From the NCBI GenBank assembly GCA_043813585.1, contig JBDRKW010000020.1:129185-193184 (forward strand): a stretch of DNA of 64,000 nucleotides, given 5' to 3'. Origin of the DNA: Candidatus Kerfeldbacteria bacterium (GTDB lineage: Bacteria > Patescibacteriota > Patescibacteriia > UBA9570 > XYC2-FULL-38-9). Shown piece after piece: positions 40,345 to 50,612 of the stretch. Under the pieces are notes generated by a model that was not told the DNA's origin, did not search any database, and was given only the letters and a program-made list of their open reading frames with translations. Both the position numbers and the translations under genes were made by a program. The number at the start of each line of letters is the position of its first letter. Position 1 is the first letter of the stretch.

Positions 40345-42129
40345 ATGGAACAAGAACCAAATTCAGTTGACGACCCTCTCGTTCACAAACGGCATTCAGC
40401 GGCCCATCTGCTTGCTGCAACTGTGCTTGAAATGTATCCAGGCACAAAATTTGGAATGGGGCCGACCATAGACGACGGATTCTACTATGATTTTGAGTTT
40501 CCGGTAGGAACAGCTGTATCGGAAAAAGACCTTCCAAAAATTCAAAAAAGGCTGAAGAAGAAAATCCAACAAAAGACAGAGTTTGTCGGAGAGCCACTTT
40601 CGCATAAAAAAGCGCAATCCCTTTTCAAGGACCAGCCGTATAAGCTTGAACTGATGAATGATATTACAGAACGCGGCGAGGAGGCATCACTATGGACCTC
40701 CGGTGATTTTTCTGATATCTGCAAAGGCGGCCATGTGGAGACTTCCAAAGAAATTCCCATTGACGGCCTGAAGCTCCATCGCATAGCGGGCGCTTACTGG
40801 AAAGGCGACGAGAAAAACCCAATGCTGACGCGCATTTATGGATTGCTGTTCAGTACCAAGGATGAGTTAGATACGTATATTGAACGCGTTGAAGATGCAA
40901 AAAACAGGGATCACCGAAAACTGGGCAAGGAGCTGGACCTGTTTATGTTTGCGGATCTGGTCGGAAAAGGATTGCCGATGTTTACCGAACGAGGCGCTAC
41001 GATTCGCCGTGAACTGGAACGCGCTATTGTTGATGAAGAGATCCGCCGCGGGTACAAGCATGTGCATACTCCGGACCTCGCGAATGTTGATCTCTATCGC
41101 ACCTCCGGACACTACCCCTATTACAAAGACACGATGTACTCGCCAATTGCGGTAGATGATGAAGAGATTATTCTGCGCCCAATGTCCTGCCCGCACCATT
41201 TCATGATGTACCAGCATAAACCGCACAGCTACAAGGAACTGCCAATACGGTTAGGGGAACTTGCGAAGCTATACCGTTATGAAAAATCCGGCGAGTTGAC
41301 AGGCCTTATGCGCGTACGCGGCTTTTGCCTTGCTGATGCGCATATCTTTGCCACTGAGGATCAGGCAAAGGATGAGATCATCGGCGTGCTCGATCTTATT
41401 GAGTACTTCGCGCATATTTTCGGACTGAAACGCGGAGAAGACTATAGCTTCCGGCTGTCATTGGGCGACAGGAATAACGAGGAAAAGTACTATAAAAATG
41501 ACGAAAAATGGGATGTCGGGGAAGAAACACTCCGTCAGGCCCTGAAAGATCTCAAAGCCCCGTTTATCGAGGTTGAGGATGAAGCGGCCTTCTACGGCCC
41601 AAAAATTGACGTACAGATGAGAAATGTGCTCGGTAAGGAGGATACGGCCTTTACCGTGCAATACGACTTCTACCTGCCGGAACGCTTTGAAATTGCGTAT
41701 ATTGATGAAGAGGGCAAGGAGCAGCGTCCGGTCGTCATTCATCGATCGTCGATTGGCGCAATTGAACGCACGATGGCGTTCCTGATTGAACACTACGCGG
41801 GTGAATTTCCGCTCTGGCTCTCCCCTTCGCACGTCGCAATACTTTCTGTCGGTGAATCTCATAAACAGTATTGCGAAGAATTGGCCACAATGCTTACAAA
41901 CGAAAGCATTCGCGTTGACCTGGATGTGTCGGACGAAACTGTCGGAAATAAAATACGTAAAAACGTGAAGCTGAAGACTCCCTACATTCTTGTCATAGGA
42001 GACAAAGAGATGGGTTCGAAAGATTTAATGGTGCGAAAGCGCGGCGAGGACTCTGCTGTCCAAGTAAATAAAGAAGATTTTATTACGGGTCTCAAAAAGC
42101 GCATTTCCGAAAAAGCTCTGGACTTGTAA
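40345..42129 (+). CDS. thrS: Threonine--tRNA ligase (no N-terminal TGS domain)
   Basis: RHSAAHLLA, DHRKLG, PMSCPHH, YRYEKSG.L.GL.RVRGF, AAFYGPKID, IHRS. Confidence 0.97.
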   Translation: MEQEPNSVDDPLVHKRHSAAHLLAATVLEMYPGTKFGMGPTIDDGFYYDFEFPVGTAVSEKDLPKIQKRLKKKIQQKTEFVGEPLSHKKAQSLFKDQPYKLELMNDITERGEEASLWTSGDFSDICKGGHVETSKEIPIDGLKLHRIAGAYWKGDEKNPMLTRIYGLLFSTKDELDTYIERVEDAKNRDHRKLGKELDLFMFADLVGKGLPMFTERGATIRRELERAIVDEEIRRGYKHVHTPDLANVDLYRTSGHYPYYKDTMYSPIAVDDEEIILRPMSCPHHFMMYQHKPHSYKELPIRLGELAKLYRYEKSGELTGLMRVRGFCLADAHIFATEDQAKDEIIGVLDLIEYFAHIFGLKRGEDYSFRLSLGDRNNEEKYYKNDEKWDVGEETLRQALKDLKAPFIEVEDEAAFYGPKIDVQMRNVLGKEDTAFTVQYDFYLPERFEIAYIDEEGKEQRPVVIHRSSIGAIERTMAFLIEHYAGEFPLWLSPSHVAILSVGESHKQYCEELATMLTNESIRVDLDVSDETVGNKIRKNVKLKTPYILVIGDKEMGSKDLMVRKRGEDSAVQVNKEDFITGLKKRISEKALDL

Positions 42130-42173
42130 CCCATGAATTGACTCAAACATCTATTGCTGGTAAGTTCCCGCAT

Positions 42174-43460
42174 ATGAACTATTTTTTATTGCAGCTGGGC
42201 TGCGCTACCAACAAATCCGACGCGGAACGCATTGCGTCTGTTCTTGATTCGGCCGGCTACGCGCCTGTTGCATCTGCAGAAGAAGCCGATCTTGTTGGCA
42301 TTGTCGCCTGCTCCATCCGCCAATCGGCCATTGACCGGGTCTATGACCGAATCCACAAGTGGAATCTGCAGAAGAAGAAGCGTCCTCTGACAACATTTGT
42401 GTCAGGATGCATTCTGGAGGAAGACAAAAAGAAATTCTTAAAACTATTTGATATTGTATTGCCGCTCAACGATGTGACACAGCTGCCGGAATATCTTCGG
42501 CAACAGGGCACTTCTGCCGGTACGGCCTTTTGGGATATCAAACCCCATCATAGCTCCCTATTCAAAGCGCTCGTACCAATTCAAAACGGCTGTAATAATT
42601 TCTGCACCTATTGCGCTGTCCCCTACACGCGCGGCAGGGAGGAATCCAGGCCGTCGAAGGACATCCTCCAGGAGGTGCAAACTCTGCTAAATAACGGTTA
42701 TAAGCAGATTACGCTGTTAGGCCAGAACGTAAACTCGTACGGTCAGGATACGGACGGACAAGAGATTTCGTTTGCCGCTTTGTTAGACCTTATCGGCACC
42801 ATGGCTGACAGTGCTCGCCAGCATACCTGGGTATATTACACGAGTCCCCATCCCGCCGATATGACGCAGGATGTACTCAAAATCCAGTCAAAACACCGGT
42901 CATTGGCAAACTATCTTAATCTGCCGTTACAGTCAGGTAGTGATGATGTATTAAATCGAATGAACCGCCGCTATACGGCTGAAGAGTATTTTTTGATTCT
43001 GGAGGATGCGCATTCGATCTTGCCGGACCTGACAGTCTCCACTGATTTCATTGTTGGTTTTTCCGGTGAAACTGATAACGAATTCCAATACTCTGTTGAC
43101 GCACTCCAGCGTGGCGCGTTTGATATGGCATTCATCGCGCAATATTCCGAACGTCCCGGCGCTCTGGCGGAAAAACGGTTCCCCGACGACATAGCGAAAG
43201 CGGTAAAAAAGGAGCGCGAACGAACACTGACAAGCGTACTGACAATGACTGCAGCTGCTGCAAATGAAAAACTCGTCGGCCAGACCATACCTGCGCTCGT
43301 AGAAACAACAAGCAGAAAACCGGGGAGACTATTAGCGCGGACTGAAGGTTTAAAGTCGGTAGAATTCATCTCTGATGACAAAAAACTGATCGGCGAATAC
43401 GTCAACCTTCGCGTCGACAGCTGCGACGCGTGGCGTCTGTACGGAATGCTTGCCGGCTAA
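42174..43460 (+). CDS. miaB: tRNA methylthiotransferase MiaB (radical SAM)
   Basis: LGC..N..D, CSIR..A, SGC, GCNNFCTYC, LGQNVNSYG, QSGSD, TRAM-like C-terminus; TTGACT-N17-TAAGTT promoter upstream. Confidence 0.85.
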   Translation: MNYFLLQLGCATNKSDAERIASVLDSAGYAPVASAEEADLVGIVACSIRQSAIDRVYDRIHKWNLQKKKRPLTTFVSGCILEEDKKKFLKLFDIVLPLNDVTQLPEYLRQQGTSAGTAFWDIKPHHSSLFKALVPIQNGCNNFCTYCAVPYTRGREESRPSKDILQEVQTLLNNGYKQITLLGQNVNSYGQDTDGQEISFAALLDLIGTMADSARQHTWVYYTSPHPADMTQDVLKIQSKHRSLANYLNLPLQSGSDDVLNRMNRRYTAEEYFLILEDAHSILPDLTVSTDFIVGFSGETDNEFQYSVDALQRGAFDMAFIAQYSERPGALAEKRFPDDIAKAVKKERERTLTSVLTMTAAAANEKLVGQTIPALVETTSRKPGRLLARTEGLKSVEFISDDKKLIGEYVNLRVDSCDAWRLYGMLAG

Positions 43461-44302
43461 CCAAAATTTTTCGCCATCTCCTCCATTTCCACTACTACTG
43501 CGGGGTCGTACAACGCGTCAGCAGGCAACCCCGACTGGTAGCGTTCTCGTCTGGTGAGTTGCTGGAGGCGGAATGATTTAATCTGGTCATGACCTTCAAT
43601 AATTGTACTCAGCTCAGGTGGCGCAATGGTGATTCTTGTGTCAATGTTGAGATCTGATAAATGATCAAGTTCTTTCAACACTTTTTTGCGAACCTGGTTA
43701 CTAAAACCACGGTCTTTATAATCGGCAACACACAGCATTGGGGAACGATCATTGCCATGCGGCCAATAAAGCTTCAGCCTCATATACTGGAGAAGTGCAT
43801 CTTTTTCTGTCAAATATTTTCTTTCCTTCAAATACTGTACAGAAGACCGGCCCAGGGCTGAGAGGACATTAAGATCAGCTTCATCCCATGTTTCATGTTC
43901 GGCTAGTCCCACTTCCTGAAGGATAAAGCTCATCTCGCCTTCTATGCTCTCAAGAACCACCATATCAACATTCTCCGGTTCATTAGCTTGTAAGAACACT
44001 TCATGGGGTATTATTGCCATTATGTCATGCGGATCGATATGCAATGACTCAAGCCGTCCGAATCGAACAAACTCATCCCAATTCTTCTGATAGGTTCGGT
44101 ATATGCGCGTTACCAAGTTGCCTTTTTGTATGCTATCCGCGTCTGTGAGCTCCCGGTGAACGGTTGCCTCCATGCCTGTTCCACTGTCTTCTTCAGATTG
44201 CCTTGCGCCTATGAGCCGATTTTTGCGCTGCTGTTCAACACGCTTCGTCATGTCAGGCCTGCCAAGCGCCATGAATGTCCTGCCTCTGCGCCCGAAACCC
44301 AT
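43457..44302 (-). CDS. Hypothetical protein (orphan-like)
   Basis: 281-aa ORF starting just after the pyrF stop; no recognisable motif. Confidence 0.6.
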   Translation of the reverse strand: MGFGRRGRTFMALGRPDMTKRVEQQRKNRLIGARQSEEDSGTGMEATVHRELTDADSIQKGNLVTRIYRTYQKNWDEFVRFGRLESLHIDPHDIMAIIPHEVFLQANEPENVDMVVLESIEGEMSFILQEVGLAEHETWDEADLNVLSALGRSSVQYLKERKYLTEKDALLQYMRLKLYWPHGNDRSPMLCVADYKDRGFSNQVRKKVLKELDHLSDLNIDTRITIAPPELSTIIEGHDQIKSFRLQQLTRRERYQSGLPADALYDPAVVVEMEEMAKNFG

Positions 44303-44303
44303 A

Positions 44304-45062
44304 CTATTCTTCTTCCGAATACTCTTCCCATGCAGCATGCCGGTACTGTTCTGCCGCTTTCACCGGATCATCTGCCTTATATATGCCCCGACCGACGATA
44401 ATCACGTCAGTACCTGACTGCATCGCTTCTCGTGGCGTTTGATATTGCTGGCCGAGCGCATCTCCTGTCGCTTCAAGATTGACGCCAGGCGTAAACACGA
44501 GCATTCCCTTGGGAACATCTGCACTTCCCTTGCCCACGAACCCGATAACGAATTCATCATGCGCGGCAGCCCATTTATAAGCTGTCTTTGTATACTTCCC
44601 TGTTGCTAGCGAGCCTTTTGAACTCATTTCCGCTAGCAACAGCAATCCCCGGCCTTTCGGCAGCCCTACCTCCTTTAATCCCTCGATAACCCCCTCTCCA
44701 GGGATAATATGTGCGTTGGTTATGTCAGCCCAGTCCGAAATATGGTAGATACCCTTCTCATACTGCAATTTAACCGTATTGCCGATGTCGGCAAATTTCC
44801 GGTCCTCAAAAATCAGAAAGTTGTGTTCATGGGCCAGTTTTAACAGATCACTAACCACATCATCGCTGAAATCTTCCATCGTATCGATGTGCGTCTTAAG
44901 AACGCATATTTGCGGACCCAGCGCATCTGCCAGAGCCAAAAACTCCTTAGACCTTGTTACATCCAGTGATAAGCACAAGTTGCTCCGTTTTGAATGGATG
45001 ACCTGTACCAATTTCTTCGCTACCGGATTTTTTACTTCTCCCAGTTTTGAGATTATTCCCAT
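44304..45062 (-). CDS. pyrF: Orotidine-5'-phosphate decarboxylase (URA3/UMPS-like type)
   Basis: LKTHID, FEDRKFADIGNT, LLAEMSSKG, TPGV, LGQQY, IIVGRGI. Confidence 0.95.
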   Translation of the reverse strand: MGIISKLGEVKNPVAKKLVQVIHSKRSNLCLSLDVTRSKEFLALADALGPQICVLKTHIDTMEDFSDDVVSDLLKLAHEHNFLIFEDRKFADIGNTVKLQYEKGIYHISDWADITNAHIIPGEGVIEGLKEVGLPKGRGLLLLAEMSSKGSLATGKYTKTAYKWAAAHDEFVIGFVGKGSADVPKGMLVFTPGVNLEATGDALGQQYQTPREAMQSGTDVIIVGRGIYKADDPVKAAEQYRHAAWEEYSEEE

Positions 45063-45081
45063 GTATGTTTATTGAATTTTA

Positions 45082-46041
45082 TCAACGCATATTTATCGCG
45101 GAACGTGGCTCTTTATTGCTCTCCGGGCACATTTCTTGGAATCGCTCGATCTCTAATGTGATCATCCCTGCAATTTCCTTGGACAGCTCAGATATTTCAA
45201 GGGCGGCAATCATATCTTCCTTTGTCAACCCCATCTGCTCAACAATATAGCCAAAATCATATCGGTCATAATAAGAATTCATGGAAGCTGCGGCCCATTC
45301 GCCGGATGTTGCGACGGGAAATGTTTCATTTATTTCCTTGATGTAAGCTGCATATGCAGCTGACGCGAGCAATTCACTTTCATTAGCTTTTTTAATATAC
45401 CGGTCAGTTGTACGCCGAATTTCATCCATCTGCCGGACTAAAGTATGGTCGATAATCCAACCCATGACAGACGAAATAAGATATGGATAATCATTCTCCT
45501 TAAGCGCAACATCAAAGCGCTCATAGGCATCGCAAGAATCCATGCCTGTTGCCTCTACGCACTGGACCATCTCATCTGAATGGTTGGGATGCTGCACATG
45601 TGCAGCTTCATGCATAAGATCATCCGGCGCTAACGCGTCAATATCTCCGACTAAAATATGATCATCCTCAACTGTCTTCGTACCGAATGTTACGAGTCTT
45701 GCTGCTGCGTTTTCTTCATCCCCAAAATCAAATACATAGACATTATCATGTTGAATAATTATTTCGAGGTCAGCTAGCGTCTGTTGCAAGTCAGCTATAA
45801 GTTCGTCATTATTGTCAATTGGCTCTCCCCTCCCGCTAAACAGCGGCTGCGCGCGCTTCATTAATTCTACAAAAGGAACGAATTCTATCTTCGCTATGCG
45901 AAGTATTTCTAGAATGCGTTCTTTGTTCGCCTGATCTAAGGGGGCACAACCGCTTAAGGTTGGCATTGCACCCGCAGCAGTAGCGCCCAGGCACTGCAAC
46001 AACCTCCGCCGCGTCATCCCTTCTTGCGGCAGATTACTCAT
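45082..46041 (-). CDS. Putative exported lipoprotein with HExxH motif
   Basis: TRRRLL twin-arginine-like signal, LSGC lipobox, MHEAAH; ATG 46041 overlaps pyrE 3' end. Confidence 0.6.
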   Translation of the reverse strand: MSNLPQEGMTRRRLLQCLGATAAGAMPTLSGCAPLDQANKERILEILRIAKIEFVPFVELMKRAQPLFSGRGEPIDNNDELIADLQQTLADLEIIIQHDNVYVFDFGDEENAAARLVTFGTKTVEDDHILVGDIDALAPDDLMHEAAHVQHPNHSDEMVQCVEATGMDSCDAYERFDVALKENDYPYLISSVMGWIIDHTLVRQMDEIRRTTDRYIKKANESELLASAAYAAYIKEINETFPVATSGEWAAASMNSYYDRYDFGYIVEQMGLTKEDMIAALEISELSKEIAGMITLEIERFQEMCPESNKEPRSAINMR

Positions 46042-46675
46042 ATCCCATCGCGCTTCCCCATGCTTGCGGATCTTTATTCCACGCAAGGATCTTTTCTTGT
46101 TCGTCCTTCTTGATATAGCCGTTTGCCGAAGCGACATCCACGAGCGTCGAAAAATTCGTCAATGTATGCAGCTGTATATCCGCTTCGGAAAAAGCAGCTC
46201 GCGCCTTTTGCATCTCATAGGTAAAGATAGCGATACAATCGATTACTACGCCGCCTTCTTCGCGCACTGCAAGGCCGGCATCAACCGAACTGCCTCCCGT
46301 GCTGATAAGATCTTCCACAATGAGCACGGTCTGGCCTTTCTTTATAACGCCTTCGATGCGGTTTTTCTTTCCGTGGCCTTTTTCCTTCCCGCGGATATAG
46401 ATCATGGGTTTCTTCAAACGATCTGCGATCCATGCCGCATGCGGTATGCCGGCAGTTGCCGTTCCTCCCACAACATCAAATTCCAAATTCTGCTCACGTA
46501 TCAAATCAAGAAATGCCTGTATAACAACTTCGCGCTTGTCGGGGTAAGAGATGACGAGCCGGTTATCACAATAGATCGGGCTGAGAATGCCTGACGTATA
46601 CCGAAACGGTTCCTCCGTGTTTAATGCCACTGCCTTGATGTCCAGCAGTAATTTTGCGATTTCTTCTGAAGCCAT
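46034..46675 (-). CDS. pyrE: Orotate phosphoribosyltransferase
   Basis: TSGILSPIYCDNR, ATAGIP, K.HG, VEDLISTGGS. Confidence 0.96.
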   Translation of the reverse strand: MASEEIAKLLLDIKAVALNTEEPFRYTSGILSPIYCDNRLVISYPDKREVVIQAFLDLIREQNLEFDVVGGTATAGIPHAAWIADRLKKPMIYIRGKEKGHGKKNRIEGVIKKGQTVLIVEDLISTGGSSVDAGLAVREEGGVVIDCIAIFTYEMQKARAAFSEADIQLHTLTNFSTLVDVASANGYIKKDEQEKILAWNKDPQAWGSAMGYE

Positions 46676-46677
46676 AA

Positions 46678-47505
46678 CTAAAATTCGTGTTTAATGCCTT
46701 GCTTATCCCTATGATACTTGCCGAACTCAATAATGCGTAGCGCTTTTGCTCCGGAGATCACAGGCCCTTTCTGGCACGTCGGGAAACCGTCGTCGTCCAC
46801 GCAGCAATTTCCGCAAATCCCGAATCCGCATTTCATGTAGCGCTCAAGCGAAATTTGCGTAGCGACCCCGTAAGTTTTGCCAAGCTCAGCGACTTTCTTC
46901 TGCATCAATTCAGGGCCGCATGCGCATACGACCACATCCTTCCGTTTCCGGTCGCTCATGTCATTAAGTATTTTATCGAGAATATCCGTTGCGAAACCTT
47001 TCACGCCCCGCGAACCGTCATCTGTTGCCGCATGCACTTTTGCGCCCGCTTTTTTCGCGCGCTTTTCGAAAAGCAGATGTTCCCTGCTTCGCGCGCCCAC
47101 GATAAAATCAATCTTGCATTTTTCTTCGGCAGCACGATCTGCTAAAAACGCGAGTGGCGCCGCGCCATATCCTCCGCCAACCGTTATAACATGCTGTTTC
47201 GGTTTCCATGCATAATCCGTGCCGTACGGACCGCTGATTCCAACTTTATCCCCTTTCTTCAGCTTGAACAGCGTCTGGGTCGCTTTACCAAGTTCAAATA
47301 TTGAAAGCTGGAATGAATCCCCCTCGTCTCCGCCGATGGAAAACGGTTTTTGATCGACGCCAGGAATCCACAGCATCACAAACTGCCCCGGCTTGGACTT
47401 TAGCTCATAATCAAAATAGAACGTACGCACTTTTGCCGTCTCCTGGACGATCTCCGCAATAGGAACCATCACCGGCGTATCGGCTCTGTCAGGATTACTC
47501 TTCAT
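46678..47505 (-). CDS. pyrK: Dihydroorotate dehydrogenase electron transfer subunit
   Basis: PGQFVMLW, GPYG, GGGYG, CGP, MKCGFGICGNC...CQKGP [2Fe-2S] motif. Confidence 0.93.
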   Translation of the reverse strand: MKSNPDRADTPVMVPIAEIVQETAKVRTFYFDYELKSKPGQFVMLWIPGVDQKPFSIGGDEGDSFQLSIFELGKATQTLFKLKKGDKVGISGPYGTDYAWKPKQHVITVGGGYGAAPLAFLADRAAEEKCKIDFIVGARSREHLLFEKRAKKAGAKVHAATDDGSRGVKGFATDILDKILNDMSDRKRKDVVVCACGPELMQKKVAELGKTYGVATQISLERYMKCGFGICGNCCVDDDGFPTCQKGPVISGAKALRIIEFGKYHRDKQGIKHEF

Positions 47506-48421
47506 GCGCCATGCCGATTAGTTCTTTAACTTCTGAAATTCCTTCTTTCCCCATCCGTTCCTGCATCTCTTTTGCGATCAGAGACATCGTCTTCTCGCCC
47601 CGGTAATAAAATGCCGTTCCGACTCCTACCAACGTTGCGCCAGACATCATCATCTGGATAGCATCGTCGCCGGTCGTCACACCACCAGTCCCGATAATCG
47701 GGATAGATACTGCTTCATATATATCCCACACTGCTTTCAGCGCTATAGGTTTCAGTGCCGGACCGGATAATCCTCCGCTCTTATTTGCAAGAACAGGGCG
47801 CCGCGCTTCAATGCTGATCTCCATTCCCAAAGCCGTGTTCACAGCCGTAATCGCATCCGCGCCGGCAGCCTCCGCAATTTTTGCAAGCTCGCCTATCTGC
47901 CATGTATTTGGCGATAGTTTTACGGAAACGGGTACATTTGAATTCTTCTTTACCAGCTTGGTAATTTTCTCTATTGATTCCGGGTCATGCGAAAACGGAC
48001 GGTCATACAGATGGCTTGCGTGCGGACATGAAATATCGATCTCCAGTAAATCTATCGGCGCCTCACGAATCTGTCTGGCTGCCTCGCCAAACTCCTCCCA
48101 TGTCCGCCCATAGATTGATCCGATGAGGACACCGGAGCATAATTCTTGAAATTTACTCAGCTCAGGAAGAGACGCCTCGATTCCCGGCCCCGGCAACCCG
48201 ACGGCGTTTAAGAAATATTCATCCTGGCCCAGCATAGTCGGATTAGGATTTCCTTCTATTGCCTCAACAGTGACCGATTTCATCGTTACACCGCCTGCGC
48301 CATTTTTAACGACGCGCGCCAGTGATGCGCCCGTTACGCCCAGAATACCCGACGCTAAAACAAGCGGATTTTCAAATTTCGAGCCTAGCGCTTCTATTCC
48401 TAACGAGGTTTGTTTATTCAT
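47495..48421 (-). CDS. pyrD: Dihydroorotate dehydrogenase class 1B catalytic subunit
   Basis: NPLVLASG, NAVGL, ISCPH, KLSPN, GGLSG.ALKP, IIGTGG. Confidence 0.94.
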   Translation of the reverse strand: MNKQTSLGIEALGSKFENPLVLASGILGVTGASLARVVKNGAGGVTMKSVTVEAIEGNPNPTMLGQDEYFLNAVGLPGPGIEASLPELSKFQELCSGVLIGSIYGRTWEEFGEAARQIREAPIDLLEIDISCPHASHLYDRPFSHDPESIEKITKLVKKNSNVPVSVKLSPNTWQIGELAKIAEAAGADAITAVNTALGMEISIEARRPVLANKSGGLSGPALKPIALKAVWDIYEAVSIPIIGTGGVTTGDDAIQMMMSGATLVGVGTAFYYRGEKTMSLIAKEMQERMGKEGISEVKELIGMAHEE

Positions 48422-48473
48422 GCTGTTTTGCCCAATATGGGCTTAGTATACCAGACTTTGCCCCTATAATCGA

Positions 48474-49418
48474 TTAATCGTTTCGGTGACGGTCCAACCA
48501 TACAAGCAAACCGTTTTGCCCGTGCATCCTATTTTCCGCCTGGTCCAATATAACGGCATTGCTGTGATCCATTGCATCCCTTGAGATTTCATAACCGATG
48601 TGGCACGGCATGCAGTGCATAATTTTTGCCTGAGGAGCATAGGTATCGATTGTTTCTGCATTCAGCTGGAACGGCTTGAACATTTCCATTCGCATATTAT
48701 ACTCTTCTTTGAACTCTTCCTTCACCTGTCCGTTCTCGAAAAATTCCATATCCACCCACGTATCGGTATGCACAAAGTCCGCGCCGGTCAATCCTTCCTT
48801 CAGATTTGTCGTGTAGGTCACCAAGCCGGTATCGTTTGCCATTTTATTCAACTCTTCATCAACGCTGATCTCGTGCACTTTGGGTGCAATAATGGCAATT
48901 TCAATCCCGAGCTTTGTTGCCGCAAGCTTCAACGTGTTCGAAACATTATTCTCAATGCCTAACCACGCAATCTTCTTAATATTTTCCAATCCGCCAGCTT
49001 TCTCAATCATGGTAAGAAAATCACTCAGTGCCTGGCACGGATGGTATTTTTCACTGCACCCGTCTATGACGGGAATCCTGTTAAACGATGCTGCCACTTC
49101 CACATCCTCCGCGCGCATCGCGCGCATCATCAGAATATCGCCAAACCGCATCACAGCCTGGATCTCATCCTTATAATCAGTCAGTGAAAATTGCGACGTT
49201 TTTTGGTCAAGGAATATCCCATGCCCACCGAGCCTGGTCATACCCGCCTCAAATGATAACCTCGTTCGCGTGGACCCTTTCTGAAACAGTATGATAGTTG
49301 TCTTCTGCTTCAATGCGTCCTGGTACGTTTCAGGGTTCGCCTTGATATCCGACGCAAGTTCAAGAATCTCCTTAAGTTCATCGGCAGAAACGTCTTTGAG
49401 ATGGATAAAATGTCTCAT
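48474..49418 (-). CDS. argF: Ornithine carbamoyltransferase-like transcarbamylase (divergent)
   Basis: STRTR, HPCQ, QAENR; variant TDTWVDME and HCMP motifs. Confidence 0.78.
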   Translation of the reverse strand: MRHFIHLKDVSADELKEILELASDIKANPETYQDALKQKTTIILFQKGSTRTRLSFEAGMTRLGGHGIFLDQKTSQFSLTDYKDEIQAVMRFGDILMMRAMRAEDVEVAASFNRIPVIDGCSEKYHPCQALSDFLTMIEKAGGLENIKKIAWLGIENNVSNTLKLAATKLGIEIAIIAPKVHEISVDEELNKMANDTGLVTYTTNLKEGLTGADFVHTDTWVDMEFFENGQVKEEFKEEYNMRMEMFKPFQLNAETIDTYAPQAKIMHCMPCHIGYEISRDAMDHSNAVILDQAENRMHGQNGLLVWLDRHRND

Positions 49419-49427
49419 ATGCGTATA

Positions 49428-50612
49428 TTAAACTGCTTTGTTATCAATTATTGTAAATAACGGCCAGCCCTGGAGCTCCATCCCCTCGTACGGCGTCCAT
49501 CCGCATTTTGTTTTCAGCCGCTCTTTTGACACGGTCTGCTTCTTCGCCATATCAACGACTGTTCCGCACTGACCTAACGACGGCAGGTTGAATATGGCTA
49601 TCGGCTTGGTATGCATTGCATCGATTAATCGGTCTAAACCGATTTTCCCCTCGTTCACCGCATTCAGCATTAAAGATAAAACAGTATCAATCTCCGGTAT
49701 GCCTGCAGGCGCTGTTTCGTAACCACTCTCCTTCTCCGCCGGTAAATGCGGCGCATGGTCAGTGCTGATCACATCGATTGTTCCGTCCCGTAATCCCGCC
49801 CATAGCGCTTCATTATCCTCTGCAGTTCGCAGCGGCGGATTCACCTTCACATAATCACCCCACTGTTCATAGTGTAATTCATTCAGGAACAAATGATGTG
49901 GCGTCACTTCCGCAAATACGGGCAGTCCGTCATTTTTTGCTTCACGTATCAGATCAACCTCTTCTTTTGTAGAGATATGCGCAATAACTGTCGGCTTATT
50001 AAACTCGCGCACCAATTCAAGCACCATCTTTACAGCGCTTACTGCAACAGCGCGATCTCGAACGCGAGAATGCTTATCACTACCGGAATAATCCGCAAGC
50101 TTCTCGGCATTTTCACTGATCATCACGTCATCTTCAGCATGAACAACAATGACCTTATCCCATTGTTCGTATATTCTGCGTAGCTCATTCTCAGAATCAA
50201 CAAGCAGATCACCGGTTGAAGAACCGACATATATTTTCAGCCCGACCACATCATCGGCAATTCCATTATCCGGTACCACAGTGCCGGATGCGCCTAAATT
50301 GAAAAACGCATGCAAGCCATACTTCTTTTGGCTATGTACTAGAGACTTTTTTTGCTTATAGGTGGCAGCATCAACCATGGCCGGCGTATTATTCGGCATG
50401 TCGATGACCGCGCATATTCCTCCAAACACAGCGGCCTCCGACCCTGTGACCCAGTCTTCTTTCTGCTCTGCACCGGGCACTCGAAAATGAACATGACAAT
50501 CAACAAGGGCTGGCAATAAAACCAACCTCCGCGCTGTTACCTTTTGCTTCACATCCTCCCAATCGCCGTCATCCAGCCATTGCTGCAATTCTTCCTTTGA
50601 TAATTCGGCCAT
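49428..50612 (-). CDS. pyrC: Dihydroorotase
   Basis: DCHVHFR.PG, DMPNN.P, EVTPHHL, KVNPPLR, TDHAPH, KCGWTPYEG. Confidence 0.93.
   Translation of the reverse strand: MAELSKEELQQWLDDGDWEDVKQKVTARRLVLLPALVDCHVHFRVPGAEQKEDWVTGSEAAVFGGICAVIDMPNNTPAMVDAATYKQKKSLVHSQKKYGLHAFFNLGASGTVVPDNGIADDVVGLKIYVGSSTGDLLVDSENELRRIYEQWDKVIVVHAEDDVMISENAEKLADYSGSDKHSRVRDRAVAVSAVKMVLELVREFNKPTVIAHISTKEEVDLIREAKNDGLPVFAEVTPHHLFLNELHYEQWGDYVKVNPPLRTAEDNEALWAGLRDGTIDVISTDHAPHLPAEKESGYETAPAGIPEIDTVLSLMLNAVNEGKIGLDRLIDAMHTKPIAIFNLPSLGQCGTVVDMAKKQTVSKERLKTKCGWTPYEGMELQGWPLFTIIDNKAV

Noticed and set aside
46042-46137. N-terminal extension of ORF 45082..46137 overlapping pyrE
   Set aside because: A start at 46041 gives a short overlap with the pyrE stop and places the signal peptide at the N-terminus.
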